A DNA stretch of 64,000 bases from Eledone cirrhosa (taxonomy: Eukaryota): NCBI GenBank assembly GCA_964016885.1, contig OZ024742.1, positions 256,122,001-256,186,000 of the forward strand, written 5' to 3'. Shown piece by piece: positions 14,060 through 27,134 of the stretch (within the stretch, counting starts at the first letter, position 1; every line of letters begins with the position of its first letter). The notes beneath the pieces were generated by a model. That model was not told the DNA's origin, did not search any database, and saw only the letters and a program-made list of their open reading frames with translations. Position numbers and translations under genes: made by a program.

Positions 14060-14695
14060 AAGGCTGGAGCCACGATATAATAGAAAAGACGATTCACTGA
14101 CATTTATACAAACTAAATAATTTACCCCATTCTGAGAAGTGGTATGAACATAAGCCAGTGTCGGTGATAGAAAACGATCGAGTGAAGGTGCTATGGGATT
14201 TCAGGATACAGACAGACAAGAATTTACAGCACAATAAGCCTGACCTGGTGGGTTTTCACAAGGAAAAACAGATTGCGCCAGATTGTAGATATAGCCTGCC
14301 CCTTTCACACAATTATCATTATTATTATTCTCTTGGAGTCTCAGTCATTAATGTTATTTAACTGGAAAGTTTGTTAAGATGAACATCAAGCCATTTACCT
14401 GCATCCTCATACGCTCAGGACGTATTGTAAGGTTCTTGCTGTTCTCAGCAAGCAAGCCTTTTGAAGTTTTCCCCCAAAAGGGCTGTACTAATGGTCATTA
14501 ACATTCCTTGAAAACTCTTCTTGATACTATTTAGTGCTCCGATGACAATCGGGACGTTCTTGATCTCATGGCAGCCCTAAACCATTTTTAATTCCCACTT
14601 TAAATCCTGGTTTAGGTTGATTTTCTCCTTCTCATTTTCTGTGTGAAAAAAAGGGAAACAAAAACAAAAAATGGAAATAATAATAATAATAACAG
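14060..14695 (+). mobile_element. R4/Dong-type (restriction-like endonuclease) LINE 3' fragment with internal inversion
   Basis: Plus strand: WYEHKPVSVIENDRVKVLWDFRIQTDKNLQHNKPDLV...IVDIACPF. The continuation (EKEKI...KWEL...VPIVIGAL...LQKACLL) is on the minus strand at 14330-14645. (AAT)n tail remnants are present. Confidence 0.8.
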
Positions 14696-14719
14696 TATAG
14701 AAATGATAATCATTCTTTC

Positions 14720-16370
14720 TTTATTGACCACGAGAGCTTACATATAGGGGACAATACAAATAATCACAGGGACAGTGGTCTTTTACAATAAAATTGAATA
14801 CAAAATGAAGACAAAACTATTACCAAACAATGTGAACAACCAAATTTCTCAATAGGAGCAAATCAGCTACTCAACGGATCATGACCTATCAAACGCTTTG
14901 AGAGTACCAGGAAAGGTCACCCCTCTCATCCCCAAATGAACAAGCTTGTAGGCGCATGCTCTGCGTCGGCCCATTCACATGGGCCATTCTTGCAATATTC
15001 ACCTAACTATTAGCAAATGTACCGGAGGAAGATCTAGTCTCTCTCCAACTTCATCTTTTCCAAGTGAAAATTGAAAATTTTGATGAGTGATTGGCCGAAG
15101 AATAACGTGTCTGTCTTCAGTCCTTCACTAGAGAACAACTGTTCCACATAACTCCACAAATCAGTAATGCACAGACACTGGACGAGTGCCCGAAGAACAT
15201 TTTCGTAATCCGTCTGACAGCACTTCTATGCCTGTGGTGTTTATTTCGCACCGGCAGTGTCTCCTGGTTGCACTGCCAATCGCGGGATTTCTGGACGTTA
15301 TCCATAACCCGCGGCTCAAAAGTCTTCTGGAACAGACTGATCATTCTGATTTCGTTGATACCCAGTGCATCCCCATAGAACTCATCTCTATAGAACTCAA
15401 GAGTGGGATTTCAACTGACCGCCTTGTCAACCTGGTGGAGAGCAGTGAGCACCTGGCATCTGGAATGTTGCCAGGTGCCCATTCTCGGTCTCTTCTTGAC
15501 CCACGATTGCAGCTTAGTCGTGAGTCAAGAAAAGACTGAGACTGCAGAATGGCCTGTCTCACTAACGGTCATCCCAGCCGTTAACCGTTTAAGAATATGA
15601 GAAGATGCCATAGCCTCAGGGCATGCTTGCGCATCATCAATGGAACCTGTCACATCCACAGAAAGCGGAAAAGAACACGTTCCAATTTGGTGAGGTGTGA
15701 ACGGGCAAGACACGATGGTCAGGTAGTAGAAGAGAACGGACGCGAATTACGTGTTCAGCACCTCCGTCCGATTTTTCAGGATAGCTTCCTCTAGGCCCAT
15801 TATTGGGTGAGAATGGCGACCCTGCTTGTTTTCTGTCCCAGTTCTTATACTCGAAAGTCAATACGTACAGAAGGCAGGAGGGAGGGCGCCATTGGCGGAA
15901 GGTTTACGGAATCTGAAACGGGTAGCAATATGGCCATTTACTTTCACCAACGAACAGATGCCACTGTACATTATAGCGACCCAGTCTCTGAATACGAGGC
16001 AGGGGCATGCATGAAATGTCTGCTTAAAAGTGTTACTTGGCGGATAATATCAATAAAACTCATCTTGTTCTCGTCTCTCCTCATCTCTTCCCCAACTCAC
16101 GGAACTGGAAATATATCCATTCTTCTGCCAGTTATATTAAACTCCCTGGGTGCTTTTGAAGGTCCGGTGGTTCGGCTTCCACTTCTGGTTGGTGGAGTTC
16201 ATCCTTCTAGAGCTGGTATTCTGATCAAAATTATCCCTTGGCGGTGAAGGATAAAACGCACAAAGAACCAGAAAAATGCCTAGGTCAACATGGGTTGCGT
16301 CCTTCGTTAAGGAATCAACATAGGGTCGAAAAATGAGCAATTGAACCGAGATCTTCTCCAAATACGGAGT
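14720..16370 (-). mobile_element. Tx1/L1-clade LINE 3' portion, degraded
   Basis: Minus-strand WQCNQETLPVR and the following C..C...ETV/QAILQ region resemble the zf-RVT/CCHC end of Tx1-like ORF2. The block is GC-richer than its flanks and has many stops. Confidence 0.6.
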
Positions 16371-16439
16371 TGAATGGTCACTTAAATGAGAATAATCTCA
16401 AACGATAATTTCAACACCAGAAGTAAGACAAAAACTCAA

Positions 16440-18560
16440 CGTACTAAATGAACTCAAGAAATGTATAAAGAAATGTTATATGCATTCTATTATTTATTTG
16501 GCTAACTGTCGGAATCAAACCACACAGTAAATTCTCTGCGTGTATGAAGAGAACGAAATCCAGAAATAGGAGCAAACCTGGATGAACACAAACTTGCAAA
16601 GGTAAGAAGAGATATTTCTTTTAAAAAGAGACTAAAATATGCAGAACTAAATGAAATTAAGAAAAATGTTGAAAAATATTTGAGAATACCAATACAAGAA
16701 CGGGAGGGAAACAAGTATGTGATACACCACATAACTTATTGTCTATGTTGTAACCAGGAGGGATTACACAGAAAATTGAAGTATCAGAAATACAACAGAG
16801 CAGGGTCAAGTTGAAAGACAGATTGACAATATCGATAAGAATATTTATACTCACGACCATAACGATCAGACAGAACAAACACAAATAAATGTCCATGACC
16901 TCGGAAAAAAAACAACAAAACATTAAAATGGGCAAAAGAAAGGCCTTGCAAAAATTCACAAGCAACAACTAGAACTAAAGACACATACAAACTGGAAATG
17001 AAATAAATAAACTGGAAATAAAAGCTGTGAAACGAGCAATTAAAGAGCTGGAACTTGATGTATCAGAATTGAATACGGTTATTTATGCATCAGTAATAAT
17101 AATGGAGAGGAAAGATGTGTTAAGGCAATAGCGAATAAAAAGAGCATTCACAAAACCAGCCCTTGAAAATAAAAATTGAGAGAGAAATGCAAATGAGCTG
17201 GGAGAAATATTGATTCTAGATGAATTATGTGCTGGGAAATATGTCATGAAAATGAAGGAAATTGATAAAGAAACACGAAGCAACTTCAAAACCTGATAAT
17301 TTAACAACCAAAGAAATCCCGAAACAGAAAGTACAGCTGAAAGCTCCAGGAAACAGAAAATTTGAAAAGTGAAATAGGTTTTACAGACAAAATAAACTGT
17401 TTATGTCAGATGATAAAATGTTTTGCAGAGAACACAGACAATTGAAATCAGGAACATTCATCAGTTTATGAAATTGAAGAATTTTGGAAAACTCTATCGA
17501 AGGCAGATAATTCTCATAATGCGAATGCACAAAGGGTAAAGAACATGGCAGAAAACATACAATAATTTAGGCAGACTTGGCAACACTTACCTAGGGAAGA
17601 ACTGAAGTTAGCACTAAATAAAGCTAACAAATGGAAATCTGGTATTGATGATGTAGCAAACGTTTGGCTACCTTCTCTAAATGCTAATTATGAGAAGTTA
17701 GTAATATGCTGAATCTAAATTAAGCACAAAATCGACAGAAACATTTTCCAAAATTATTATCCAATCACTTGCCTTGTTACATCTTACAACATTCTCACCT
17801 CAATCTTGATTGAGACAACCTACAAATGTATGGATCAAAATGATCTTTTCCCTACTGGACAGAAACTTATCATCAGCCGTATATTAGTGAAAAATTGTCA
17901 TAAGAATCAGAGACGTTTGAGTACTGCCTGGGTGACTATAACAATATTTTATAGTGTTTCCCAGGCATGGATTTTGAAAACGTTGGATGTTGTGAAAATT
18001 TCTCCAGTAATACGCAATTTTCTGAAATAGAATGCATCTCTATGGAATACAAACGTATCCCTGTCACACAGTGATGGAACTATAAATTCCTGTTGCATAT
18101 GTATTAACAGTGATAATTCTAATGCGTTCGTTTTCACGTCTGATATTTTGCATTGCCCTCACATCACTGTCTCTAGCGTTCAACTGAACAAAATATGGCT
18201 AGAAAAATAGACATCAAAACCATAAATTAGCTGTTTTATAAGGATGACTTGGAATTCTAGCAAAAATCACAGCGAATTTGAAGGAGTGTTAAAGGGAGTT
18301 AATGCAAAAATACACCAAAGCAAAGTTTAAGAACGGTAGAATGAGAAACACAAAATCAATTGAAATAAGAGTGAATACAATAACTAAGTAACTAGATTAG
18401 GAACAGACCCATACATATCTAGGGAATAATGATGGCTAAGCCGAATATTACCGGAGAGTACGTGCTATCCTGAAAACTGAGCTCAACTAAAAAAAATATA
18501 TCTGCCATGAATGAGTTGTCACCTATATAGCTGCAATATCATGAACTGAAATGTTAATGA
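16440..18560 (+). mobile_element. R4/Dong-type LINE RT relic, highly degraded
   Basis: Fragments NKWKSGIDDVANVWL, YYPITCLVTSYNILTSILI, LSTAWV, YSVSQAWILKTL and YTYLG correspond to conserved RT segments of this clade. Confidence 0.72.
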
Positions 18561-18672
18561 AAGTTTGTGAACAACCCGCCTATATACATCGATGACGTGC
18601 TGCATTGTTATACGGTAGATAAGAAAATCAGAAGTCTCACTTTTGGGACAAACCTCATGTGTGTGTGTGTAC

Positions 18673-18741
<69 letters not shown>

Positions 18742-19456
18742 TATATATTGATTAAAAACTCACAATCCTCCCCTATAATTAAAATAGCTGAAGGAAAAAA
18801 AAAATTCCGAGCCTTATAATATTATTTAATATAATAAAGAGAGAGAAACACAGATATATACATATATGCCTTCAAATCATGAGTTTTTAACTCAATATAT
18901 ACTTTTGGTAAACTCAGCTCCTGGAAGTTTGTCGACGTTTTTACATGTGATTCTGGCTGCTATTTTTAGTAATCTTCGTTTTACAGGAGACGCTAGGCAC
19001 TGAATGCTATACGCGTTCATTTCTCTCTCTTAAAACACGTGCTTCATTTAGTCTTCTAAGAATTTTAGCAGTGATGGGAGTACTAATTCTGTACATCCAA
19101 TGAAGAGTAATCGGATTAGTAACTCGCTTTATTTTGTTGCGAAACTATTCTACCAAAAACTGTCCGGATGTGTTGATAGTTATCACGATTCGGTTTGTAT
19201 TGCTTAATTCATCCTTTTAATTGAGTCTGGCAAACGGTATTGTTCATAGTTAGTATCTTATTTACCCTAGTGGTTTAGGTCCCTATAATTTGAATACATA
19301 TATGTATATATTTGTGTTTGTCTCTCTTTATTATATATATATGTTTATTCCGGGTTCAGTCGGGGTAACCACAGTAAGTAATATACTCAATGCTACATAG
19401 CAGAGTATACATATTTAATATAGAAATGGCTTCTACAGGATTAGAACTGTTTCATC

Positions 19457-19574
19457 TGCAATCTTCAGGTTCATATTGTGTGGTGACAGTCAAGTTTGCA
19501 ATTTTCAACTGTCAGTTGAAAATTGCCAACTTGACTGTCACCATTGACTACACATTATGAACCTGAAGATTGCA
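19457..19574. repeat. Fold-back palindrome, ~118 bp
   Basis: tgcaatcttcaggttcata...gtgacagtcaagtttgcaattttcaactg / cagttgaaaattgccaacttgactgtcac...tatgaacctgaagattgca, centred near 19512. Confidence 0.9.
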
Positions 19575-19596
19575 AAAGCTTGAAAGTACTTGTTCA
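19558..19596 (+). ncRNA. Minimal type I hammerhead motif
   Basis: tgaac-CTGAAGA-ttgc aaaa gctt-GAAA-gtac-TT-gttca. Stem I is 5 bp, stem III is the palindrome GTAC, and stem II is weak. Confidence 0.7.
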
Positions 19597-19756
19597 ATTA
19601 ACACTTAACATTTAATATTCTACCATACTATTTCATTCTAATACCATTATAAACTTTAAAGGATTGTAAATAAAACGTGTACATCAGACGAAGTTGGAAT
19701 TCCTTTTATTAATATAATCTTCTATACACAATCATACACACCCATGTATATTCATA

Positions 19757-19875
<119 letters not shown>

Positions 19876-20814
19876 AGAAAGTCAGTTCCTGTTGTAACTG
19901 TAATATGACGTCGATTCGTATGGTGATATATTTATATTTTCTCATATATAATTTCTACACAGTCTACGAATTAATTTTATCGCTTTTTTTGTATTATAAA
20001 TTAATGCAAGTTAAAAATTACATTCTACCTTATTAATAAATTAGCTGTCTTCTTGATAAGGTATTCGAATGTACTGTGCAATGACTCATTAAATTCAAAT
20101 ACCAAAGCATATTAAACTTCAATTACAGCGGTTCTTTACAAATCTTATCGACAATAAGACGGCTTTAATATTAGCGCTAATTACATATTTAAACTTGTAT
20201 TTTTTAAAGGAAAATTAATTTTATGTTTTAAGATCAATACAAAATATTTTCTACATTATGTATAAAATTTGTATTGAAGTTTTATATATATTCCACCAAA
20301 CTTTTGAATATTCCCGAACAATAATAAATATTTTCTTTAAATTTATTTGAATTAATTATCTAATTTAGATATATATGTGGAAGCTTGCAATCATTTTTCT
20401 ATTTCTCTGAGACATTTCTGATACTACGTATACTATGTAAGTGCTAAAGATCAATAATTCGATAATAATAATTTAGGATATTTGGGGATAAACTTATGCT
20501 TGTTTTTATCCGTAAAACTTTCAATATTTGTGAAAACACTTGAATTTGATACGTTGCGTTTCCTAATACAATTTAGATTTGATTATTATGGCTAAGTGAG
20601 GAGACTAGGTGCTCAAGTGTCTCACCTCTATACTCAAAGTATCATTATACAATACTTGTTGGCTGATCCTGTGAATAAATAGGCAAAACTACAAAGTAAT
20701 AAGATTGATGCCGTAGCTTTTAGATTTAATCTCTACTTCGGTATTGAGTACTAATGTTCATATGCGATATATATGGCTTGGAGATAAGTCCTTCTGGCAC
20801 ATACATTACAAGGA

Positions 20815-22625
20815 AGCGCAGAATTTTGCAACAGAGACAGTCAAGGCGTCCAAAGTTAAGATATGGGACGACTTTGGAGCTAAGCTGAATCCTACATTAG
20901 ATCAGAAAATAACGTGTCTTGGCAGATCATCCGCTGACTTTGTGATCAGAATTTCTCATCCACACCTGTTATCGGGAATGTTGTGGAGAGAAAATTTGGC
21001 TGAACTAAACATGGTCAAGACAGTATTTGATTCAGACGAGATCCATCTAGTACCAATGATTAATATCTCGGAATCTGAGGTCACAAGAGCAGTTAAAAAA
21101 CTTAAATGTAGCAGGGTCATCGGGAATGATGACATTAGACTTAAAAGATGTTAACAGCCTTAAACACAGAAGATGTTATCTGGCTGACTCGTGTTTGTCC
21201 GGTGCCTTGGATCTCTGGAAAGGCACCTAAGCAATGGCAATCAGTGCTTATAATCAGAAAAAGGAGAAAAGAAAGTTTCCTCCTAGTATACACGGATCTC
21301 TTCGTTATGCCTCCTTGGTAAAGTATATGCTAAGTGCCTGGTGAAGGGATAGAGTGTGATGTTCCAGTCCAAGCTTCTTGTTGAAAAGATTTGCTTTTCG
21401 CTCCGAACTCAACACAGCCAACCAAATATTCACATTTCGGCAGGTTTTTCTGAAATCGTAGGAGCACTTCCAAGTGGTATATGCTTATTGCGTACATCAT
21501 GAGAAAGCATATGATCACGTTTTATGGGACCTACAGTGAAATGTTCTGCATGATTATGGGATCTATGGTCAGCTTCTTGTCCTCATATCTCTATACGAAT
21601 GCCCAAGTGATTGTGTTTGGATAAATGGTGCTAAATCGAAACTATTCAATGTGGAAGTCAGGCTCTACCAAAAGTTTGTGCAGGCCCATCTATTGTTCAT
21701 AATATTTATGAACTACATTGACCTGCGCAAACGAGATGGTATCAGTCGGTCAGAATTTGCAGTCGACATGGTATTACTTACCTCATTCGAAGTTGATCTC
21801 CGACATAAGAGGCACTTGATAGGTTTGATACCAATTGTTACATGGTTGGTATGAACATCAGTAGAGTGTAAATTGAAACGCTTGTGTTCTTAAGGAAACC
21901 TGCGCAGTGTGCCCTACATGAGAAGGTAGTTCCACTGAAGAAGGTGGCGAAGTTCAAGTATCTTGGGGCAGTGTTCACGAGTTATGCAAGACAGAGGTGT
22001 GTATTACATGCAATAATTGCAGGAACTGGTGCAGTAATACGCCAACTACAGCATTCGGTATTCAGAAGAAGGGAAGAAGCTGTAAACGCGAAACTCAGTA
22101 TCTTCAGTTTTGGATTCCTTCCAACTCCTTACTATGGTTATGAATCTCGGGAGCTGGTATATTAATGTGCCAGGATCAGGATTCGGTAACCGGAAGAAGT
22201 GAGGCAGTCGTAAAAGCGAAATTCGTTATTTTCCTATGGTCATGAATCCAAGATAATGACTGAAAGAATACGATTGCAAATAGGGGCGGCAGAAATGGAG
22301 TTCCTTCGAAAGACCCTTGGAGTAACGTTACTTGATAGAGAACGTGGTTCGGAGATCAGAGAATCATGGAGGAACCGCTATTTCTCAGAATTGAGAGATC
22401 ACAACTCCGATACAATGGGTATGTGTTTAGAACGTCTCAGAAAAGAATTGCTGGACAGATTTTACGGGAAAACCAACATGCAGGAGCAAGATGGTTGCTA
22501 ACAGCCATGAGCTTGGTAATTAAGCCGGATCAGTTAAAGAATGTTGTTTCTGACAGCCCCCGCTGGAAGGAGTGTTTGAGGAGTCTGCTCGCACGAGCCT
22601 CTTAGGAAACAGTGGGCGAAGAAGA
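20815..22625 (+). mobile_element. RTE-group LINE relic (RT and C-terminus)
   Basis: ISESEVTRAVKKLK...GNDDIR, ISSLCLLGKVYAK, FKYLGAVF, MTERIRLQIGAAEMEFLRK...TLLDR, IERSQLRY. Many stops and frameshifts. Confidence 0.85.
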
Positions 22626-23109
22626 GGAATAGTCCGGATTGTGATTCCTCACATTTAGGTCTATGTTTTTCTTAACATTTTTAAGGCCTTAGACGTATTT
22701 CTAATTTCCTCTTGCATGATCTTGATATCTCATCCTTTCTTCAATCCGCCTCATTTATCAGGTATGGACGTAGTAGAATTAATTTATTCTAGTTTACAGT
22801 AATTCTACACGTAATTCTTTCTGGTTGTTACTTTTCAATATACATATTTGTTAAAATAAATTACATTTATATTGTTTGATTTAAAGTTGAATTCAAAATA
22901 ATAGCGTATTTTGGAAATATTACCTAAATTAGTTCTGATTAGCCTCTTACAAAACCGTTTTATAATGTTATTGATGTGTACCCTGTTAGAGATATTTAAG
23001 GTTCTACACTCAGGAAGAATTTATTTACGTTTATTTAAAACATTATAGAAGTAATTCGTGGTCATATCATTGAAGAATACTGCGAACATAGTCCAGGCTT
23101 TGCTGTTCT

Positions 23110-23343
23110 TCAGGCCGAAGAGGGCAAACTGTCAATATATTTGTCGCTCTCCGATAGATTTGCGGTCGAGCATGTGGCAGTGGAGACCACCGACATTCTT
23201 GACACTCGGTCGATATCCATACTCACTGCTATCAATGTGGAGTTGGCTATTCGCAGTAGCGAGCCGCGTGAGTTGAAATGGTGATCCAGCAAGTTTCCCT
23301 CGTCGTCTTCCGAAGCAATTTTGTCACTTTTTTGTCCACTGAT
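23110..23343 (-). CDS. Possible terminal coding exon of an unidentified host gene
   Basis: A GC-elevated, non-repetitive island. A candidate acceptor (ctgcttcgtAG) precedes 77 open codons, ISGQKSDKIASEDDEGNLLDHH...DKYIDSLPSSA*. No family is recognised, and plus-strand frames are also open. Confidence 0.3.
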   Translation of the reverse strand: MSGQKSDKIASEDDEGNLLDHHFNSRGSLLRIANSTLIAVSMDIDRVSRMSVVSTATCSTANLSESDKYIDSLPSSA

Positions 23344-24587
23344 CTACGAAGCAGATTACGACTTATAATTGCCTTTATGTTGGACTTTAAAATTATATAA
23401 AATAATGATCAGACTTCTAGTAAGTAATCAACTAATAGACGGAGCAACTGATCACATAGAGTGTGAAGTAACATTTTCCAGTGAATGAACAACAAAAATA
23501 GACATTTTTCAGTGATTGATTCTGAACGTCTTGTAAACGTCTCTACTAGAAAATTGAATAAATATGTGGACAGATTTGTTCAGCAATTTGAGTAAACTAA
23601 GACAAAACGTTAGCTTGATGTGCTGCTGTCATACCGCAGTATTATAATTTTTGTGAATGTTTTACTCATACAACTTCTTGTTGTTTGTTAAAATAAATGT
23701 TTATGAGGGTTTAATAGTTTGTTTGAAGCATTGTGTGAAGTGTATAAACTACTACGTTATTCAAAGGCTTGGACAATGTGAAACGAATGGTAAAGTTTGT
23801 AAACATTGAACGCAAGGAAGATGTTTTGTGTTATTTGTAATTTTATTTATCTGTCCTAACATTTCGGGATTAGAAATTAACTATAAGAAACCGATTGCTT
23901 TTATAAACTCACCATGTTACTTTTTTAGTTTGGAAGCAGTGATATCTTTATAGCTACCGGTAGTAATGAAGATATGACGTTTTATGTGCTCTACCATGTG
24001 TATAATGTTATGTGTGTGTGCATGTTTCTCTCAAATATTATGGGCTTTTCTTGTGTTTTTCAGTCAATTTTTTACGAAGGCAAATGTTGTGGGGCGAATT
24101 GTATTCGTTTGGATGTGTTAGCAATTGTGTATTGCATTATGTGATAAGGGTGTGTACGAGTGCGTGTTTATATCAATCTATGTGTGTAATTGTAGTTGAC
24201 AGTTTAAGTTGGCTATTCTGGACTAGGTTATGTGAGTGTACGTTTTTATGTCAAACGTTAAGAGTGCCTGCTGAGATCTAATTTATTGTTTACAAGTGAG
24301 CAGCAGCAGATTTTTGTGAAAATTTTCAGTAGACAATACTTATAAATGTGATGCACATATAATGATACATAGTGATATGTTTACTTTCCATGAAGATGTT
24401 TCTAATGTAATTTCGTGCAGTAAATGTTTTTAATCTGAATTTCCTATTTTGATAAAAGCTGACAATATCTAATTTGTGCAACATTCAGTTTGATTTATTT
24501 TTCATACCGTGGATGGATTGCTGAAAAAACAATTGCCGCAAAACTAGATTCGGTATAGCTTTCTTAAAATTTTTATAGATATTGCAG

Positions 24588-24711
24588 GATCTCTATTGGC
24601 TCTGACGACGAGAATTCTGGTGAATTGAACAATGGAAGAATATGTCGTGAAATTATGGTACAGGATTATTGCCGACATACGTCAGATTCAAACCCTTCCT
24701 TACCATTTTGA
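24588..24711 (+). CDS. Possible short exon of an unidentified gene
   Basis: A candidate acceptor (atattgcAG) is followed by the open frame ISIGSDDENSGELNNGRICREIMVQDYCRHTSDSNPSLPF*. No homology is recognised. Confidence 0.2.
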
Positions 24712-25129
24712 AAACAATCATGAAATATAGTGCGATCTAGAATTTTAACTACGTTTCTCATTATTAAGCTAATTTTGGAACATGATTTAACAAAAGTTCT
24801 TAAATAAGAACTATGTACAAATATTGAAAGGAAAAGCTTTGTGTCATAATAACAAGGGGGTTTCAGGCAATGTACTATCAAAACGTTTAACGTAGATTCA
24901 GGGTGTCACAGTGTATGACACGGATAGGCATATATTTATATAATTCATTTTTTTCTTCTGTGTAGGTTCGGGAACGGAGAAATAAAGTGTCTTGCTCAAG
25001 TATATAACACATTGCCGTGAATCAAAATAATCGCTCAAAGATGGTAGGTTGAAAGGCTTAGGAACTAAGTCATGCGCCTTCACATACCACACTATGATAT
25101 AACACAAATATAATATTTGTTGCTTGACA

Positions 25130-25360
25130 TTACAATACAACGGGAGAAAACATGATAATAGCACTGATGATGTCACCGGTGTGTGATGAAATAACTTTGA
25201 TAGACTATATATATATTAACCGTTGGTCAATCAATGATAAACGTTGATTGCAAGTTAAATTAACTATAGGTATATCAAATCCAAAGCAAACAGTGAGTGT
25301 GTTTTATTAATATTTCTGGTAATATTATAACAATTTGACGCTCCACAATTATAACAGTAT
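25130..25360 (+). mobile_element. PLE 3'-end/pLTR fragment with hammerhead-like motif (dispersed family)
   Basis: tagca-CTGATGA-tgtcac...gtgat-GAAA-taac-TT-tgata (25159-25202), followed by accgttggtcaatcaa...aaacagtgagtgtgtt, which is shared with 42850-43165 (+) and 50552-50765 (-). Confidence 0.65.
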
Positions 25361-25569
25361 ATATATATTTACATTTCTGTATATATATATAGGTATTGAA
25401 GTTTCCGTTGAAAATTGAAAAAGTCATAGGAGTGAAGAGTGCTCTATGTAAGTACCAGAGCAAAATTTAATGTATAATAAACAATACAATATAATTACCT
25501 CATTACCAGAGGTTTCCCGAATAAGACGAATACGAAAGAAACGTCCTCATTCGTTCGTCGGACAAGGCA

Positions 25570-25612
<43 letters not shown>

Positions 25613-25882
25613 GAAATTAAAATGTTGAAGACCAACACAGTGCGTATGGAGAATGTTAAATTGGCAAGATAACAAAACAATCTTACCTTAGCGACTTTAA
25701 CGTTCCCAAATATTTTGGGGTTTAAAAATCCATTATCAAGGGAGTAACCCCATGAGAGATTTAAACATCGGTCGGATAGACTTGCTTCTGTGGAAGCAGA
25801 TTTACACATACACACAAACACAAACACACAAATACAAACACACAAACACACACACACATACACGCCCCCCCCCCACACACAC

Positions 25883-25956
<74 letters not shown>

Positions 25957-26169
25957 ATGTATATATAGTATTAAGGATACTATTTATGGTTATGTATATA
26001 CTAAAACCTTTTATAGTTATATATATTTTATATCCTAAATAGTGAAAGACAGTAATTTATTACTATCTTATTACCAGCAAGATAAATAGCTCAACGTAAC
26101 AACATCAGTTGTTTTACAGAACAGTTATATAGAGATTACATGAATCAAAGTTCTGTTTAAATCATTTAT

Positions 26170-26218
26170 TTGCTTACAATTGTTTCTTCCAAACCGAGGT
26201 TTAGAGTCTTCGGAGCAA
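26170..26218 (-). ncRNA. Type I hammerhead motif, U4C core
   Basis: Minus strand reads ttgct-CCGAAGA-ctctaaacc tc ggtttggaa-GAAA-caattg-TA-agcaa. Confidence 0.78.
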
Positions 26219-26830
26219 TTATTCAGTGATTTTTAACATACTTGACCTCCTTTTCAACACAAAAGACATATAGAAACATATGTATATATTGACCCACAGT
26301 GGGTTGACATCCATTATAATAATATAGCATGGTAATTTACATATAAAGATTACAGTCATATTAAAGGACAAAATTAAAGTTAAAATTAAAATTAAAATTA
26401 AAATAAAACATTGGCAGTTTACTAAGATAAAGCAAGAGGAAAGTCTTGAGTAGCCAGTGTATGCCACAGTCACACGTGTGACATGCACGCGTGTCCTATT
26501 AATACAAAATTATTACACGTAACAATCTGCCGCACTATAATCTTGTATTAATAGGACACGCGTGCATGCCACACGTGTAACTGTTGCATACACTGGCTAC
26601 TCCAGACTTTCCTCTTGCTTTATCTTAGTAAACTGCCAATGTTTTATTTTATTTTTATTTTAATTTTAACTTTAATTTTGTCCTCTAATATGGCTGTAAT
26701 CTTTATATGTAAATTACCATGCTATATTATTATAATGGATGTCAACCCACTCTGGGTCAATATATACATATGTTTCTATATGTCTCTTGTGTTGAAAAGG
26801 AGGTCAAGTATGTTAAAAATCACTGAATAA

Positions 26831-26879
26831 TTGCTCCGAAGACACTAAACCTCGGTTTGGAAGAAACAATTGTAAGCAA
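26831..26879 (+). ncRNA. Type I hammerhead motif, U4C core
   Basis: ttgct-CCGAAGA-cactaaacc tc ggtttggaa-GAAA-caattg-TA-agcaa. Stem I is 5 bp, stem III is palindromic, and the triplet is GUA. Confidence 0.78.
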
Positions 26880-27134
26880 ATAAATGTTTTAAACAGAACT
26901 TTGATTCATGTAATCTCTATATGTATATATATACATTTTTATAATTTTCATAATTTTGATAGGTTTCTGAATAGCTTTCTCATGACGTTAAAGTTTAAGA
27001 AGTTGAAATATGTCAGAGTCACGTGTACTATGTGTACCATTAGACTAAATCTCAGAGGAATTCAGCGTGACACAGTATGTGTCAAGATTGGTCCTTCAAA
27101 TTGGAAGAACAGTTCAACTTATATTATTATCTAT

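Larger units (their letters stand above)
25965..26922. mobile_element. Fold-back PLE-type element: ~386-bp inverted arms with an HHR at each end
   Basis: Arms 26127-26513 and 26537-26922 are near-identical reverse complements with a ~23-nt spacer. The left arm extends ~160 bp further, to 25965. Both ends lie in (TA)n. Confidence 0.9.
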
